NCBI GenBank assembly: GCA_951406725.2
Contig: OX597815.1
Location: forward strand, 95,356,001 to 95,420,000
Source: Octopus vulgaris
Lineage: Eukaryota
Direction: 5' to 3'
Length of the DNA: 64,000 nucleotides
Under the pieces are notes generated by a model. That model ran no database searches. It was not told where the DNA came from and was given only the letters and a program-made list of their open reading frames with translations. The position numbers and the translations under genes were made by a program. Shown here in pieces: positions 23,511 to 36,244 of this stretch (position 1 is the first letter of the stretch; every line of letters starts with the position of its first letter).

Positions 23511-26500
23511 TGTCAGGTCTCCGCTTGGAGCTACTGGTAACATGTAACCCAGTACAACCTGTTACATGGTCGGGTCGTTGGCGACTAAACTGGCAACCCC
23601 ACCAAGATTTCTTGGTGAGGAGGGTGATTTAGACACCCAGCAGGACTAAAAACAAAACCTGTCAAAGGGCAGAGGAACTCTCTCATGAGTCAATGGCCAT
23701 CCAAAATCCGGAGTGGAGCCCGTAAGGCGGTTGGATTGCGCCATGCGTGCCATCTTCCGGCAGCTCCTGCATCTTGGTCTACCCCCAGTCGTCTTGACTT
23801 TGTTTTGCCACTGGATCCGGCGCACCAGGACGAGAGAGTGAGGCTGATCCTGCGCAAGTCACCCTCACTATAATCCAATTCACGCGCATGTCACGACATC
23901 ATGACGTCATGACACCATCACAAAGTCCTGTGGCGATGGGGAAACGGCGAAGTAGCAGGTGAGGATACACTGGGAGCTGCAGTCGTGAACTCACACACAG
24001 GCGGCTCAGGACATGTGGTCGCCCCTCACTGAACTGAGGCAGCAGTGGAGTCCGGTAGCCTCCTGAGTGACCGAGCAGCCCTCTTCAGGATCGCTCTGCT
24101 CGCCTTCCCAGCATGAGGACGGGGCTAGAAAAGGTTGCCCTAAACATAGCCTGCCTCACCTCACCCTGGTCAGCAAACCGCGGCTGGCGGGGATCCTTTC
24201 CAAGCGGTCGAAACAAAGAAAGAAGAAAACAAACAAAGGTGCTCACTTTCGCAACTTGGAAGGTGAGAACTCTGCTTGACAACACCAAAGCGGACAGACC
24301 AGAGAGACGAACTGCCCTGGTGGTCAGAGAACTGAGCCGATACAATGTCGATATTGCAGCACTGAGCGAGACCCGCCTTGCGGACAAAGGCCAGCTGACA
24401 GAGACAGGCGGCGGCTACACTTTCTTTTGGAGTGGTCGCAGCAGCGAAGAGCGTCGTGAGGCTGGTGTTGGTTTTGCCATTAAGTCAGTACACGTGCGGA
24501 AACTGGAAAGCCCCCCCCCCCCCGAGGGCATCAACGATCGGCTGATGAAGATGCAGCTCCAACTTGGAAACAAGACTAGTGCGACCATCATCAGTGCTTA
24601 CGCCCCCACCATGACCAACCCTGAAGAAGTTAAGGACAGGTTCTATGAGGAACTCGACTCCCTCATCACGTCAGCCCAGCCTGGGAAGCTCATCCTCCTT
24701 GGGGATTTTAACGCCCGTGTCGGGACTGACCACCAAGCCTGGCATCGCGTACTGGGAAAGCAAGGAATCGGAAAGTGCAACAGCAACGGACAGCTCCTCC
24801 TGCGTGCGTGTGCCTCTCATGATCTTACCATCGCCAACACCTTGTTCCGTCTGCCAACACGCAACAAGACATCATGGATGCATCCACGCTCCAAACACTG
24901 GCATCTGACAGATTACGTCATCGTCAGGGCGAAAGACAGGCGGGACGTGAGACTGGTCAAAGCCATGTGCGGAGCTGACTGCTGGACGGACCATCGCCTC
25001 ATCATCTCCAGGATGGGTTTCTACATACGACCTAAGAGAAGACCACAGGGTCAGAAAGTGACGAGGAAGCTTGACATCACGAAATTAAAGAACCAGCTGA
25101 CTGCACAAGATCTCCAGTCACGTATGGACAGCAAGCTGTTGGACATTCGGAGTGACCAGTCCAGCATCGATGAGCAGTGGGAATCATTCAGGGACACGGT
25201 TCATTCCATCGCCCTTGAAACTCTGGGCCAAGTTACGAGGAACCACCAGGACTGGTTCGACGAAAACGACCAGGAAATCCAAAAGCTCCTGGAAGAGAAA
25301 CGCCGTCTGCTGCGGGCTCACCAAAATGACACCACCTGCACGGCAAAGAAGGCCGCTTTCAACAACATTCGCAGCACAGTCCAGGCTAAACTCCGCCTCA
25401 TGCAAGACGCATGGTTAAGCGCCAAGGCGGATGAGATTCAGGGATACGCAGACAAACACGACACCAAGAAATTATACGAGGCGCTGAAAGCTGTCTATGG
25501 ACAGCAGTTCTCCTTTGGATCAACCCCCCTGCTCAGCTCGGATGGAACCTCACTCCTGACTAACAAGAGGCTGATCCTGGAGAGATGGGCGGAGCATTTC
25601 AACATCGTGCTCAACCGACCAACCCAGATCAACGAGGAAGCCATCGCACGACTCCCCCAGGTGCCGACAAACCACGAGTTGGCTGTTCCCCCTGCAGTCG
25701 AAGAAGTGAGCAGAGCCATCAAAAAATGTCCACCGGCAAAGCTCCAGGCTCTGACGCCATCCCTGCAGAGGTGTTCAAGTCGGGCGGCCCCACCATGATC
25801 AGTCAGCTCACCAGCCTGTTCCAGTCGATGTGGGACAGGGAACAACTCCCTCAAGATTTCCGGGACGCAACAATCGTCCACATTTATAAGCGGAAAGGAG
25901 ATCGGCAGTCCTGCGACAACCACCGAGGTATCTCCCTCTTGTCCATAGCAGGCAAGATACTGGCCCGGGTCCTGCTTGACCGCCTTCTGGAACACTTGGA
26001 GCAAGGCCTTCTCCCTGAGAGCCAGTGTGGCTTCCGCGCGGGTCGAGGGACCACTGACATGATATTCGCCGCCCGCCAGCTCCAGGAGAAATGCATGGAG
26101 CAGCACCTTGACCTCTGCATGACCTTTGTTGACCTCACCAAGGCCTTTGATACAGTCAGTGGGGAGGGACTATGGAAGGTCATGGGAAAATTTGGTTGCC
26201 CCAGCAAATTTATTGCAATTGTCCGCCAGTTCCACGACGGAATGACAGCCAGAGTCCTTGAAGACGGCAACTCATCTGAAACCTTCCAGGTGACCAACGG
26301 AGTCAGGCAGGGCTGTGTCCTGGCCCCAACACTGTTCAGCATCATGTTCTCGGCAATGCTGTCGATGAGCCCTTAATGCAATCGATGAGCAGGAGATGCA
26401 GCTCGAGATGGACAGGTTCTCATCAGCCTGTGACAACTTCGGTCTCACCATCAGTGCCAAGAAAACCGAAGTGATGTTTCAGCCAGCCCCCGGCAAACAA

Positions 26501-27352
26501 TACCATGAGCCTCAGATAAGGGTGAACGGACGGATCCTACGAGTGGTGGAAAACTTCACCTACCTGGGCAGCACTCTCTCCTGCAATGCCAACATAGATG
26601 CTGAAACCATCAACAGAATCTCCAATGCAAGTAGCGCGTTTGGGAGACTGCGAAAGAAAGTCTGGGAGCGGAGAGGAATCAGCCTCAACACCAAGCTGAA
26701 AGTCTACCGGGCAGTTGTGCTTACCACCCTACTATACGGCTGCGAGACGTGGACTGCTTACCGAAGGCACGAGCGCCAGATAAACCACTTCCATCTCAGG
26801 TGTCTTCGGAACCTCCTTCACATCCGCTGGCAGGACAAAGTCCCAGACACGGAAGTTCTGAAGCAGGCAGATCTCCCTAGCACCATCACAATCATGCGCA
26901 AGGCCCAGCTGAGATGGGCGGGCCACGTCTCCCGCATGTCCGACACTCGCATCCCAAAACAGCTCTTCTACGGTGAACTCGGCCAGGGCAGGCGCAAAGT
27001 CGGAGGGCAGAAGAAGCGCTACAAGGATAGTCTCAAGGTCTCTCTAAAAGACTTCTCCATCGGAACAGAGACTTGGGAGACACTTGCTGCCAACCGCTCA
27101 TCCTGGCGCAGCGCAATCACCGTGGGAGCAGGGACAGCCGAGGAGGGACGGATTCGGTCAGCGGAGCAGAAACGTCAGATGCGTAAAGCCAGAGCCGCCT
27201 GCACCAGTAGCACGGCCCCTACCCACTTCTGCCCCACCTGTGGGAGGGGCTTCCTTGCCCGGATTGGCCTCACCAGCCACCTCAGGTCTCATGGCGGCAG
27301 TTCCATCAGATGATGTCAGTTGGTCATCTTCGAACCGAAGGACGAACATTAT
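23511..27352 (+). mobile_element. RTE-clade (BovB-like) LINE, full length
   Basis: ~600-bp 5' UTR, APE endonuclease, RT, C-terminal CCHH finger and a short 3' UTR with hairpin cttcgaaccgaag; conspicuously GC-rich against the flanks. Confidence 0.93.
24113..27313 (+). pseudogene. RTE APE-RT polyprotein with a frameshift and an internal deletion
   Basis: DIAALSETR, SAYAPT, LGDFNAR, CWTDHRL, GKAPGSD, FVDLTKAFD, GVRQGCVLAP and CPTCGRGFLARIGLTSHLRSH. Frameshift at ~25720 (A-run); the YADD-type motif segment is missing at ~26365-26375. Confidence 0.9.
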
Positions 27353-27374
27353 GTGCTATGAGCAGAACATTTAC

Positions 27375-27439
<65 letters not shown>

Positions 27440-27441
<2 letters not shown>

Positions 27442-28860
27442 TCAGTAGTTTTATTTTTATAGCGAACTTTCATTTCACTACCGAGCGTAGCTCTGTGTTC
27501 CTTGGGTATGTGTTGTGATGCTCTGATGGTTACTGTATGGAAAGTGTTTTGCGTAGGATGTGGGCAGTGCCCAGTAGTGCAATTTTCTGTATGTTATATG
27601 TGTTTGTAAGTCCTGATGTCTTTGTTATATATTTGTCTCAATGGTTCTTGTATTATACCTCATGCGCCTATTACGATAGGGATTGTTTCTATTTTTAGAT
27701 TCCACATTCGAGTTATTTCTATTTCCAGGTCTTTGTATTTTGAAAGTTACCTCATTTCTTTTAGAGACACGTTATCATCTGCTGGTGTTGATACATCAAT
27801 TAGAAATCATTTTCTTCTTCATGATCTCTGACAACTATATCTGGACTATTGGCCTTAATTTTTCTATCTGCGTGTGTTGGCATATCCCAGAGTATGGTTG
27901 CTTTCTCGTTTTCTATGACCTTTTCTGCTGTGTGCTTATACCATCTTTTTTCTGTAGCTATTCCATAATGTTGGCATAGCTTCTAGTGTATGTAGATCCC
28001 AACTCTTTCATGTCTGTGAATATATTCCTTCTTAGCCAGGACTGGGCAGCCAGAGATATTATGATTTATTGTTTCTTGTCCATCTCCACATATTATGCAG
28101 GTACTTGTATTTCTTTTCAATACATGTATTTGGTAATTTCTGGTGAGGAGGCTTTAGTCTTGTGCTGCAATTAAAAATCACTCTGTCTCTGCTTTGAGTC
28201 CTGAGCTTCTTAACCATTGCTGGGATTTTTCTTTGTTTATTTCTTTTGCATTTAGTTTAGTCCAGTATTTGCCATGAAGGGGCTTTTCTTGCCATCATGC
28301 TCCGTTGCTGTTCTAGTTTTAGTTTGGATTTCATTTGTTTATAGCTTTTGTTCCTTCTTCTTCTTCTTCTTCTTCTTCTTCTTCTTCTTCTTCTTCTTCT
28401 TCTTCTTCTTCTTCTTCTTCTTCTTCTTCTTCTTCTTCTTCTTCTTCTTCTTCTTCTTCTTCTTCTTCTTCTTCTTCTTCTTCTTCTTCTTCTTCTTCTT
28501 CTTCTTCTTCTTCATATTTGTTAGGTGGTATGATTTTTTGTTTGTATTTGTCAGCTTTCTTAAATACTGAGAACAGTTTTTGTTTTGCTCGTGTTTTGCC
28601 GCTATTTATACCAGTTTTCCTTACTTCTGAAGTAGATATTTTTGCAGTCCTGAGTTGGTTATTTTATAATAGTTTTCCAGTTGTATAAGGCTTCTACCAC
28701 CTTCTATACGTTGTATATATAGCCTTTCTATGTCAGATTTATTTTTAATACAATCTTTTGCACTTCCTTTATGGATGGTAAGCCTAAGAGCATTCTTAAA
28801 TAATTTTCAGTTCCTTTTTTGTGTATTGCAAGTGCTCTTGCAATCCTTGGTATTATAGCA
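27440..28860 (-). mobile_element. REL-type (R4/Dong-like) LINE 3' fragment, family C, degraded
   Basis: Minus strand ends ...ALLGTAHILRKTLS plus UTR next to (TAA)n; RPDIVVRDH and WLRSSGLKAETE motifs; split by (CTT)n. Confidence 0.8.
28353..28514. repeat. (CTT)n array inside the LINE fragment
   Basis: Direct reading. Confidence 0.95.
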
Positions 28861-28969
28861 TCCTCCTCCTCCTCCTCCTCTTCTTCCTTCTTCTTCTTCT
28901 TCTTCTTCTTCTTCTTCTTTGTCGTCGTCGTCGTCTTCTTCTTCTTCTTCTCCTTCTTCTTCTACTTCA

Positions 28970-29000
<31 letters not shown>

Positions 29001-29053
29001 CTTCTTCTTCTTCTTCGTCTTCTTCTTCTTCTTCTTCTTCTTCTTCTTCTTCT
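28860..29053. repeat. (CTT)n/(CCT)n compound array
   Basis: Direct reading. Confidence 0.95.
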
Positions 29054-29064
29054 CATCATTATAA

Positions 29065-29425
29065 TTCAGTATTATTTTTACCACGTCCTTTCTCTACACT
29101 ACCGAGCGCAGCTCTGTGCCTTCGGTACATGCTGCCGTGCGTTTTGTTGCTCTTATTTTCCTTGTATTGTAAGTATTTTACGTAGGATGTGTGCGGTGCC
29201 TAGTTGTTCTATTTTCTGTATATTGTATATACTTGTAAGACCGGGTATTTTCATTATGTAGTTGTATCAATGCTTTTTTTTTATATCGTACCAAATGCGC
29301 CTACTATGATAGGAATTGCATGTATTTTTAGGCCCCACATTCGAGTTACCTCTATTTCCAGATCTTTGCAGTTTGAAAGTTTCTCCGTTTTGTTTTTGAG
29401 TGACAATGTCATCTGTTGGTATTGA
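29065..29425 (-). mobile_element. REL-type LINE 3' end, relative of family C
   Basis: LGTAHILRKIL, KLQRSGNRGNSNVG (frameshifted KYKDLEIE), and the shared UTR ctaccgagcgcagctctgtg. Confidence 0.8.
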
Positions 29426-29435
29426 TATCGATATA

Positions 29436-29491
<56 letters not shown>

Positions 29492-29492
<1 letters not shown>

Positions 29493-29600
29493 GCCTTTTG
29501 CTTTTTATTTGTACAAGTTGACTCTAAGTGTGACCCAGAGACCTCACGAACCAAGTTAGAAGTTCAAATTGGTTTTATCACTAAGGTGCCATTTATTTGG
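29492..29600 (-). mobile_element. Solo 3' UTR tip of a family-A-related Dong-like LINE between TAA arrays
   Basis: ttttgctttttatttgtacaagttgactctaagtgtgacccagagacctc matches the reverse complement of ~11335-11390. Confidence 0.75.
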
Positions 29601-29614
29601 TATTATTATTATTA

Positions 29615-29689
<75 letters not shown>

Positions 29690-29934
29690 GTCAAGACGAA
29701 GAGCGCGAATCGATCGTAAGATATTTTATTAGTTGAACGATATTTCAACAGTACTTCTTTGACAATTCAAAATAAGAAGTGAGAAAAATTCAAAATTATA
29801 GCAATTTAAACGTAAAGTGTGAACGAGAGCAACTAACATCCACACGTTGATGGAATGACATCATCAGTTTTTAAGTTACAATTTTATATACAAAAAATAC
29901 AGAATAAAGAAGACTTAGATATACGGATAGCTTG

Positions 29935-31370
29935 AAAAAAATGGAGTCCTGCGACATGAGCAGAAGGGCTGCAAGCGTAAGGGCAGGGGTACCAGGGATC
30001 AACTCCTGATAGACAAAACTGTAAGAGGAGGAAAAGTAACTTAGCCATGCCATGGATCGACTATCGTAAGGCGTACGATATGATACCACATTCTTGGATT
30101 CTGAGGGGCATCTTCCAAGGTGACTGCCTGTCCTCACTGATCTTTGCACTGTGCTTGATACCAGTAACACTGATTCTGAGGAAAGTGTATTCACAAGCCG
30201 CCAACAAAATGTCGACCATTGGATGGCTTGAAACTTTATGCTAAAGAGGAATCCCAAGTCATTTCCCCCGTTGATACGGTGTATACCTTCAGTACTGATA
30301 TCAGAATGGATTTCGGACTCAGAAAGTGTTCTGTGTTAGTATTGAAGAGAGGCAAAATCAAATGTTTGTACAGGCTAACTTTAGCGTCAGGGGAGGTTAT
30401 GAAGCAGATCAAAGAGATGGCCTATAAGTACTTTGGGATATTGGAAATGGATAAATTGATAGAGAAAGAAACGACAGAAAAATTTAAGGTGGAGTACTTG
30501 TGCAGACTGAGACTGATCCTTAAGACGAAATTAAACAGATGGAATAAGATCGAAGCTATCAATACCTGAGCGGTTTCACTTCTTAGATATAGTGCAGGGG
30601 TAATTGCCATGTACGATATGATCCCACATTCTTGGATTATGGTGTATATGAACCTATTTGGTATAGACCACCTAATCTCAGCATGTAGAGTTTGAGCACC
30701 TGTAGAATATAAAGCAAGACATGACAGAGTCGGCCAGTATTTACACTGGACAATATGTCGGCATTATAAAATCGAAACCGCTGACAAATGGTGTAAACAC
30801 CATCCTGAAGCTGTGGCTGAGGGAGAAAATGTGTCGATTCTATAGGACTTCCCCGTACATAACGACAAAATTATAAAAGCTAATAAACCGGATATTATTA
30901 TAAAGATCAGACAAAAAAGGTGTGTTTATTAATTGACATGAGTATTCCTTGCGATCACAATATAGCGGGGGAAGAATTTGACAAGATCAGTAAATATAAA
31001 AACTTGCTAACAGAAATTGAAAAAAATGTGGCATCTCAAGGCGACTACAGTACCAGTGATTGTAGGATCTCAAGGTATGATAAAAAAAAGGTACTGAAAC
31101 ATATTTGAAAATGATACCAGGCTTACCATCCCTACAGGAAGTGCAAATAATCGTGTTAACTGGAACCACTCGTGTACTAAGAAAAGAATTATCGCTGTGA
31201 AAACGACATCCATTCATGAATTTATTCATTTATTAATTTTTTAAATACATGTTTTACCTGTGAATTTGCGTATGTAAACTGGGAATACATACAATGAGCT
31301 TCTCTGCCTTAGGTGTACGGAAATCACTCGGCGATAAATGGAAGAAAATTTGAAAAACGGACAAACACAT
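29935..31370 (+). mobile_element. Rearranged REL-type LINE fragment (RT pieces plus family-B-like 3' end)
   Basis: WIDYRKAYD, GIFQGDCLS, DGLKLYAK, FGLRKC, NKIEAINT, IDHLISAC, NKPDII and CLLIDMSIP; the 3' half resembles 56331-57040; ends in (TAA)n. Confidence 0.8.
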
Positions 31371-31413
31371 TAATAATAATAATAATAATCATAATAATAC
31401 TAGTAATGGCACT

Positions 31414-31449
<36 letters not shown>

Positions 31450-31516
31450 TGTAGTAGTAGTAGTTGTTGTAGTAGTAGTAGTAGTAGTAGTAATACTACT
31501 ACTACTACTACTAATG

Positions 31517-31579
<63 letters not shown>

Positions 31580-32861
31580 TGGATAAAAAATAGACGTGTA
31601 TATTTGAAAGTTTGACTGCCGTTCTACCAAACGATGAACAAATTCCATATCTGTAATTACTACAACTGGTCAGAGAATGAGATTGATACACTCATCGGCG
31701 CCTTGTTCGGTGTCTCCGAAGCAGAGAATGCACATGTGTCATGTTTCAATGACTTTTCTACCAGAATTATCCTCATTTTCAATAATCGATCAGTAAGATA
31801 AATTGTTAAATTACGAAACAGAAATACATTTTCCATTTTATCAAAAAAAAAAAAATAAAAAGATCACATCGAAAAGTTCCAGTCATCAACCATTGTTATG
31901 GTACAGTTCAGGAAGGACAAGAACAAAGCAACAGGCTTTACTTAGCTCTGACCTCCGTTACCTTATCGCTACCAGTCCCATTTGTGTAGGCACAACCCAT
32001 TTCCTTCATCTCTTTGTAATTGTACACAATCGCCTAGCAACCAAACCTTTTTATTCATCGTCGTTGCTGACAGAATCTCTATTATCTACTACTGGTTCTG
32101 TCACTACTACTACTATGTTCGCGATTAAAGAGAAGTTCTTCGCGTCTGCATCACCTTTACATTACCCTTACTTGCAATCGATTCTCCATCACATCATTTC
32201 TAAAATCAGATATAAGCAATTAACCCAGGAACATCCATAAACATTCGTATGCTCTACAATGTACACACATGGTGGAATCCTAAAATCTGTCACTACTCTC
32301 AACTCAAGAAAGAATATTCACCTTCTAATTACTAGACGCAGGCAGACTCAACAAACACACCACAAAACAAAACATCACTAACAAAGTACCAATAAAAGTT
32401 TAACTAATACATTTTCCCGCTCCAATAATTTTAATTCTAACAACTTGTTCCCCATCAAAAGACACGTTTGCTTTCAAGATTTCCCCCAAATGTTCGTACA
32501 TTGACATTGCAAGTAATTTCAGTCAATAACTTCCACATAAATGGCAAACAGGATTTCGGCCTGTATTGCCTACCGTATTGCCTTTTCCGATGTTTTTCAG
32601 GCACAACACTGTCCTAACCAATATCAACCACTTTGGTGTTAGTTGCTCGACATTTAACCTATTCTGGTGGTAACCCTTCATTCTTTGGTCGCATCATACC
32701 ATCGTCGCTTTCTTTGCAACGAGGCACTGTTTCAATGCCTCAATTACCATTTTCAGACGCTTTCTTTCAATATCATACTTCCTGTTCATGCCCTGTATTT
32801 TTGTTCACTTTTAAGCTCCCCTTTCTCTTTTCGGTTAGCACAAAAATGTATTATTATTATT

Positions 32862-32998
32862 ATTCAGTAGTTTTATTTTTATAGCGTACTTTCGCTTCAT
32901 TACCGAGCGCAGCTCTGTGTGTCCTGGGTATGTGCTGTGGTTTGCTGTGATGCTCATATGGTCATCACAGCAAACCACAGCACATATCCAAGGAACAC

Positions 32999-32999
<1 letters not shown>
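32862..32999 (-). mobile_element. Family-C LINE 3' tip with fold-back hairpin
   Basis: Matches 27440-27530; 32916-32952 pairs with 32963-32999; TAA arrays on both sides. Confidence 0.85.
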
Positions 33000-33043
<44 letters not shown>

Positions 33044-33060
33044 TATTATTATTATTATTA

Positions 33061-33114
<54 letters not shown>

Positions 33115-33123
33115 ATTATCATA

Positions 33124-33180
<57 letters not shown>

Positions 33181-33256
33181 CATTATTATTATTATTATTA
33201 ATAATAATAATATTATTATTAATATTGTTATTATTATTATTGGTATTATTGTTATT

Positions 33257-33720
33257 CTGAAAGCCTCTCGGATAGTTCTTCGGTTGTTCTTTACTTGAAA
33301 GCAGGCAATAACAAATCACAAAAGGTATCAAATAGTGACTTCTCAAAGTAACAATACTCTCCTTAGGATGTGAGCTTTACACAACAACGCTGTCTTCTGG
33401 ATCTCTTTGAACCTGACAAGAACTCCAATATTCTTAATTTTGTTCCACTGCCCTTGGAAACTACTAATGCTCCAATTATAACAGGTATCACCAATACTTT
33501 CCTCATGCCTCATAATTTTCCTATTTCATCCAGCAGCAGCTGGTATCTTTCATTCTTTTTCTTCCTTACACCTCCGCCGAATCTATTACCTTTTCTTCTT
33601 TTTCATCTTTATGGATGATCACGATATCTGGACGTCTTGCCTCTATGACTTGGTCGCACTGTATGTTAAAACCCCAAATTATTTTTTAATTTGAAGTTTC
33701 ATATAATGGTCAATGCCGTA
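33257..33720 (-). mobile_element. REL-type LINE 3' fragment, another family
   Basis: Minus strand QCDQVIEARRPDIVII, VLVIPVIIGAL, and aaagctcacatcctaaggagagta (AHILRRV) followed by a UTR and TAA array. Confidence 0.7.
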
Positions 33721-34003
33721 TTTGTACGAGAATATGTGTGAGTATACGTCATTTATTTGCAATGAGATTTTGAGCGAAGACTCTCACTGCGCGCGCGCCT
33801 GTTTGTGGGAACAAGACATGCGTAATTGTTTACAGTTCGAAATGGAAAATTTTGCAACTAAAATATTACTTAAAAAGATATAGTTCTTCCACGATGTACA
33901 GATAACAAACAGACATACATACAAACATAAATACGCACATACACGCATGCACACATACACAAACACACTAGTGTTTCTTCGTCGGCATTTAACACACACA
34001 AAC

Positions 34004-34047
<44 letters not shown>

Positions 34048-34050
<3 letters not shown>

Positions 34051-34238
34051 AGATCGTTAGCCACTACACACATTTCTTCTCTCCTTGTTTCTCTCCTTGT
34101 TTTTTCTGTGTCCCTTTCTGTAGAAGAGCGTAGGCTCGAAACGTAAAATACTTTTTTTCTATTCCTGAGCGTTATGCTAATACAGCTGTTTGTTTTGTAC
34201 ACCACCTGTCTTCGTCTTTTGTTTTTTTCGTAAACTCT

Positions 34239-34242
<4 letters not shown>
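34048..34242 (+). mobile_element. PLE-UTR-type fragment with a variant hammerhead, between (TA)n arrays
   Basis: ctttctgtagaagagcgtaggctcgaaacgtaaaa (~34114-34148) is homologous to 13990-14027 and ~4692-4730. Confidence 0.6.
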
Positions 34243-34269
<27 letters not shown>

Positions 34270-36244
34270 CTCACACACATTTGTATTTTCATAAAATTCC
34301 TCATAAATTAGTTCTGGAAATATTAATCGTGACATTAGCAGTTACATTTTGTGGAAGTTAAGGGTAAAGCGAGGGGTTTCCACAGGAAAACTTATTGACT
34401 GGTATCTGTAGGGAAGCACTTGAGTTGCCAGGAAGCAGGCTTTTTTCCCAAATGTTCTGAAAGTTGTATACTCAAGTAAAGTCAAATATCCTATGGTTAT
34501 CTGAAACAGAGATATTGATCCAATCTACGGCTTCGGTAGCTTATTACTGTGAACTGCGTTTTGATATGTTTTACATCGGAAAAAAAGATTTGGTATGTGA
34601 AGTGTGACATATGTTTGTTGAAATGTGTCTGCATCGGTTAACCATCGTTACAGAAAACATAAAGCTATATAAGTATGTGTGTGTGTAGATGTGTATTTGT
34701 GTGTGTGCGTATTTTTCTTTTCATATTCGCGTGTTTGTATGTGCATGTGTGTATGTATGTATGTGTGTGTTTGTGTGCGTGCATGATGTTTACTGAGTTG
34801 GGTTTCAGTAGTACAATTATTGTCACTTTATTTTGAAATGTGTATTTCCTTGCATAAATCTCAGTTGATGACGTTTACAACATTTAAAAAAAAATTATTT
34901 CTCTTATACGTAGAAAAAGTAAAAATTTCATCTTGGAAACGGTTTGTTACTCTATTTGTTATTTAAATTCTATATGAAGATATACTGCACAATGATATTT
35001 TTGTAAAAATTAAAGTTTGATAAATGAGGTATAAAAGAAGCGATGACTGTTATTTTGAATGAAATGTCCAAGGAGTGGCCCTACTTGATACTATTCTCTT
35101 AAATTTAACATTGTATTATGGAGAATAAGTAGAGGAAAATTTATATCGCATACTTATTTATATCTGTCAATTTCAATTATAATGTGTATGTGTGTATGTA
35201 TGTATATATGCGTATATAATTGGATAATTGTATTTATATATTTTTCCATGTGTATATGCTTATGTCAGTGAGTATACGCATGTGCATACCTAGTTTTTCT
35301 ATGTACTTATATTTTAACATGTTTTGATGTCATCATTATAAAAGTTCGGGAAATGTTATATTGTAAAATAAAACAATCATATTAAGTTTTCACTTTAAAT
35401 TTCATTCGTAATGTATTTTACCCAAGATATAATTTTATTAAATATGTATCTACTTTTATAGGCTTGTTGAAGGTAATATAAATGTTTATGAGATTTTTGT
35501 CGGTTTGTATGTATATGTATCTGTGCATATATGTGCGTATATGGTATTTATTTTTGTGGAATTGTAAAATACATGATGTTATAGTAACATTATGATTGAA
35601 TATTAAAGTTTAAAACTTTATAGTACATATAATAAAACTATTTTATAGGTACTATAAAATTCTAGTTCCTAATTGCCGGTATGGAAACTAGAATAGAAAT
35701 ATATCTCACCGGTATGAACATTTTAAAATCATTCAAATATATCTACATACATCTTGGAGGCAATATAGAGATCATGGAATAAAATTTAAGGAAGGATAAC
35801 GAAATTAAAAAAAAAAACGCTCATCAGATGTATGTGCAAATCTACAATCAACTAGATGAAAGAATAAAAATAAAACAAGCATATTTGGTTGCAAATGTAA
35901 AATGAACTTGCTTAAGAAAAACCAATACAATTAAAATATATAATATTAAATCTTAAATGTTTTCAAAATACATTTAAAGAATAATGGAAATTTGTAACGA
36001 AACTTCCATGCTTCTGGGTAGGAGAGCAAGACATTTCGACTGCATTTCTAAATATGTTGGAGATTAACTGAAATTTGTGACAGAACCCCATGCTTTTGGT
36101 CAGGCTTATAAACATGGTAAGATGTTTCCTTCTTTGCTTAAGTATTAATGCTATTACAGCACAGGATGAACCTGAATTCAAGGAGTGTTATTCTTTATAA
36201 TTGTTTGCATAAACAGAATTATTTGCTATGTAATTTTCAAAATG

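Noticed and set aside
23511-23620. Possible HDV-like ribozyme at the RTE 5' end
   Set aside because: A hairpin (catgtaac...gttacatg) is present, but I could not assemble the nested double pseudoknot.
31700-32850. Possibly ancient TE-derived sequence
   Set aside because: Only hints of motifs; no family assignment can be supported.
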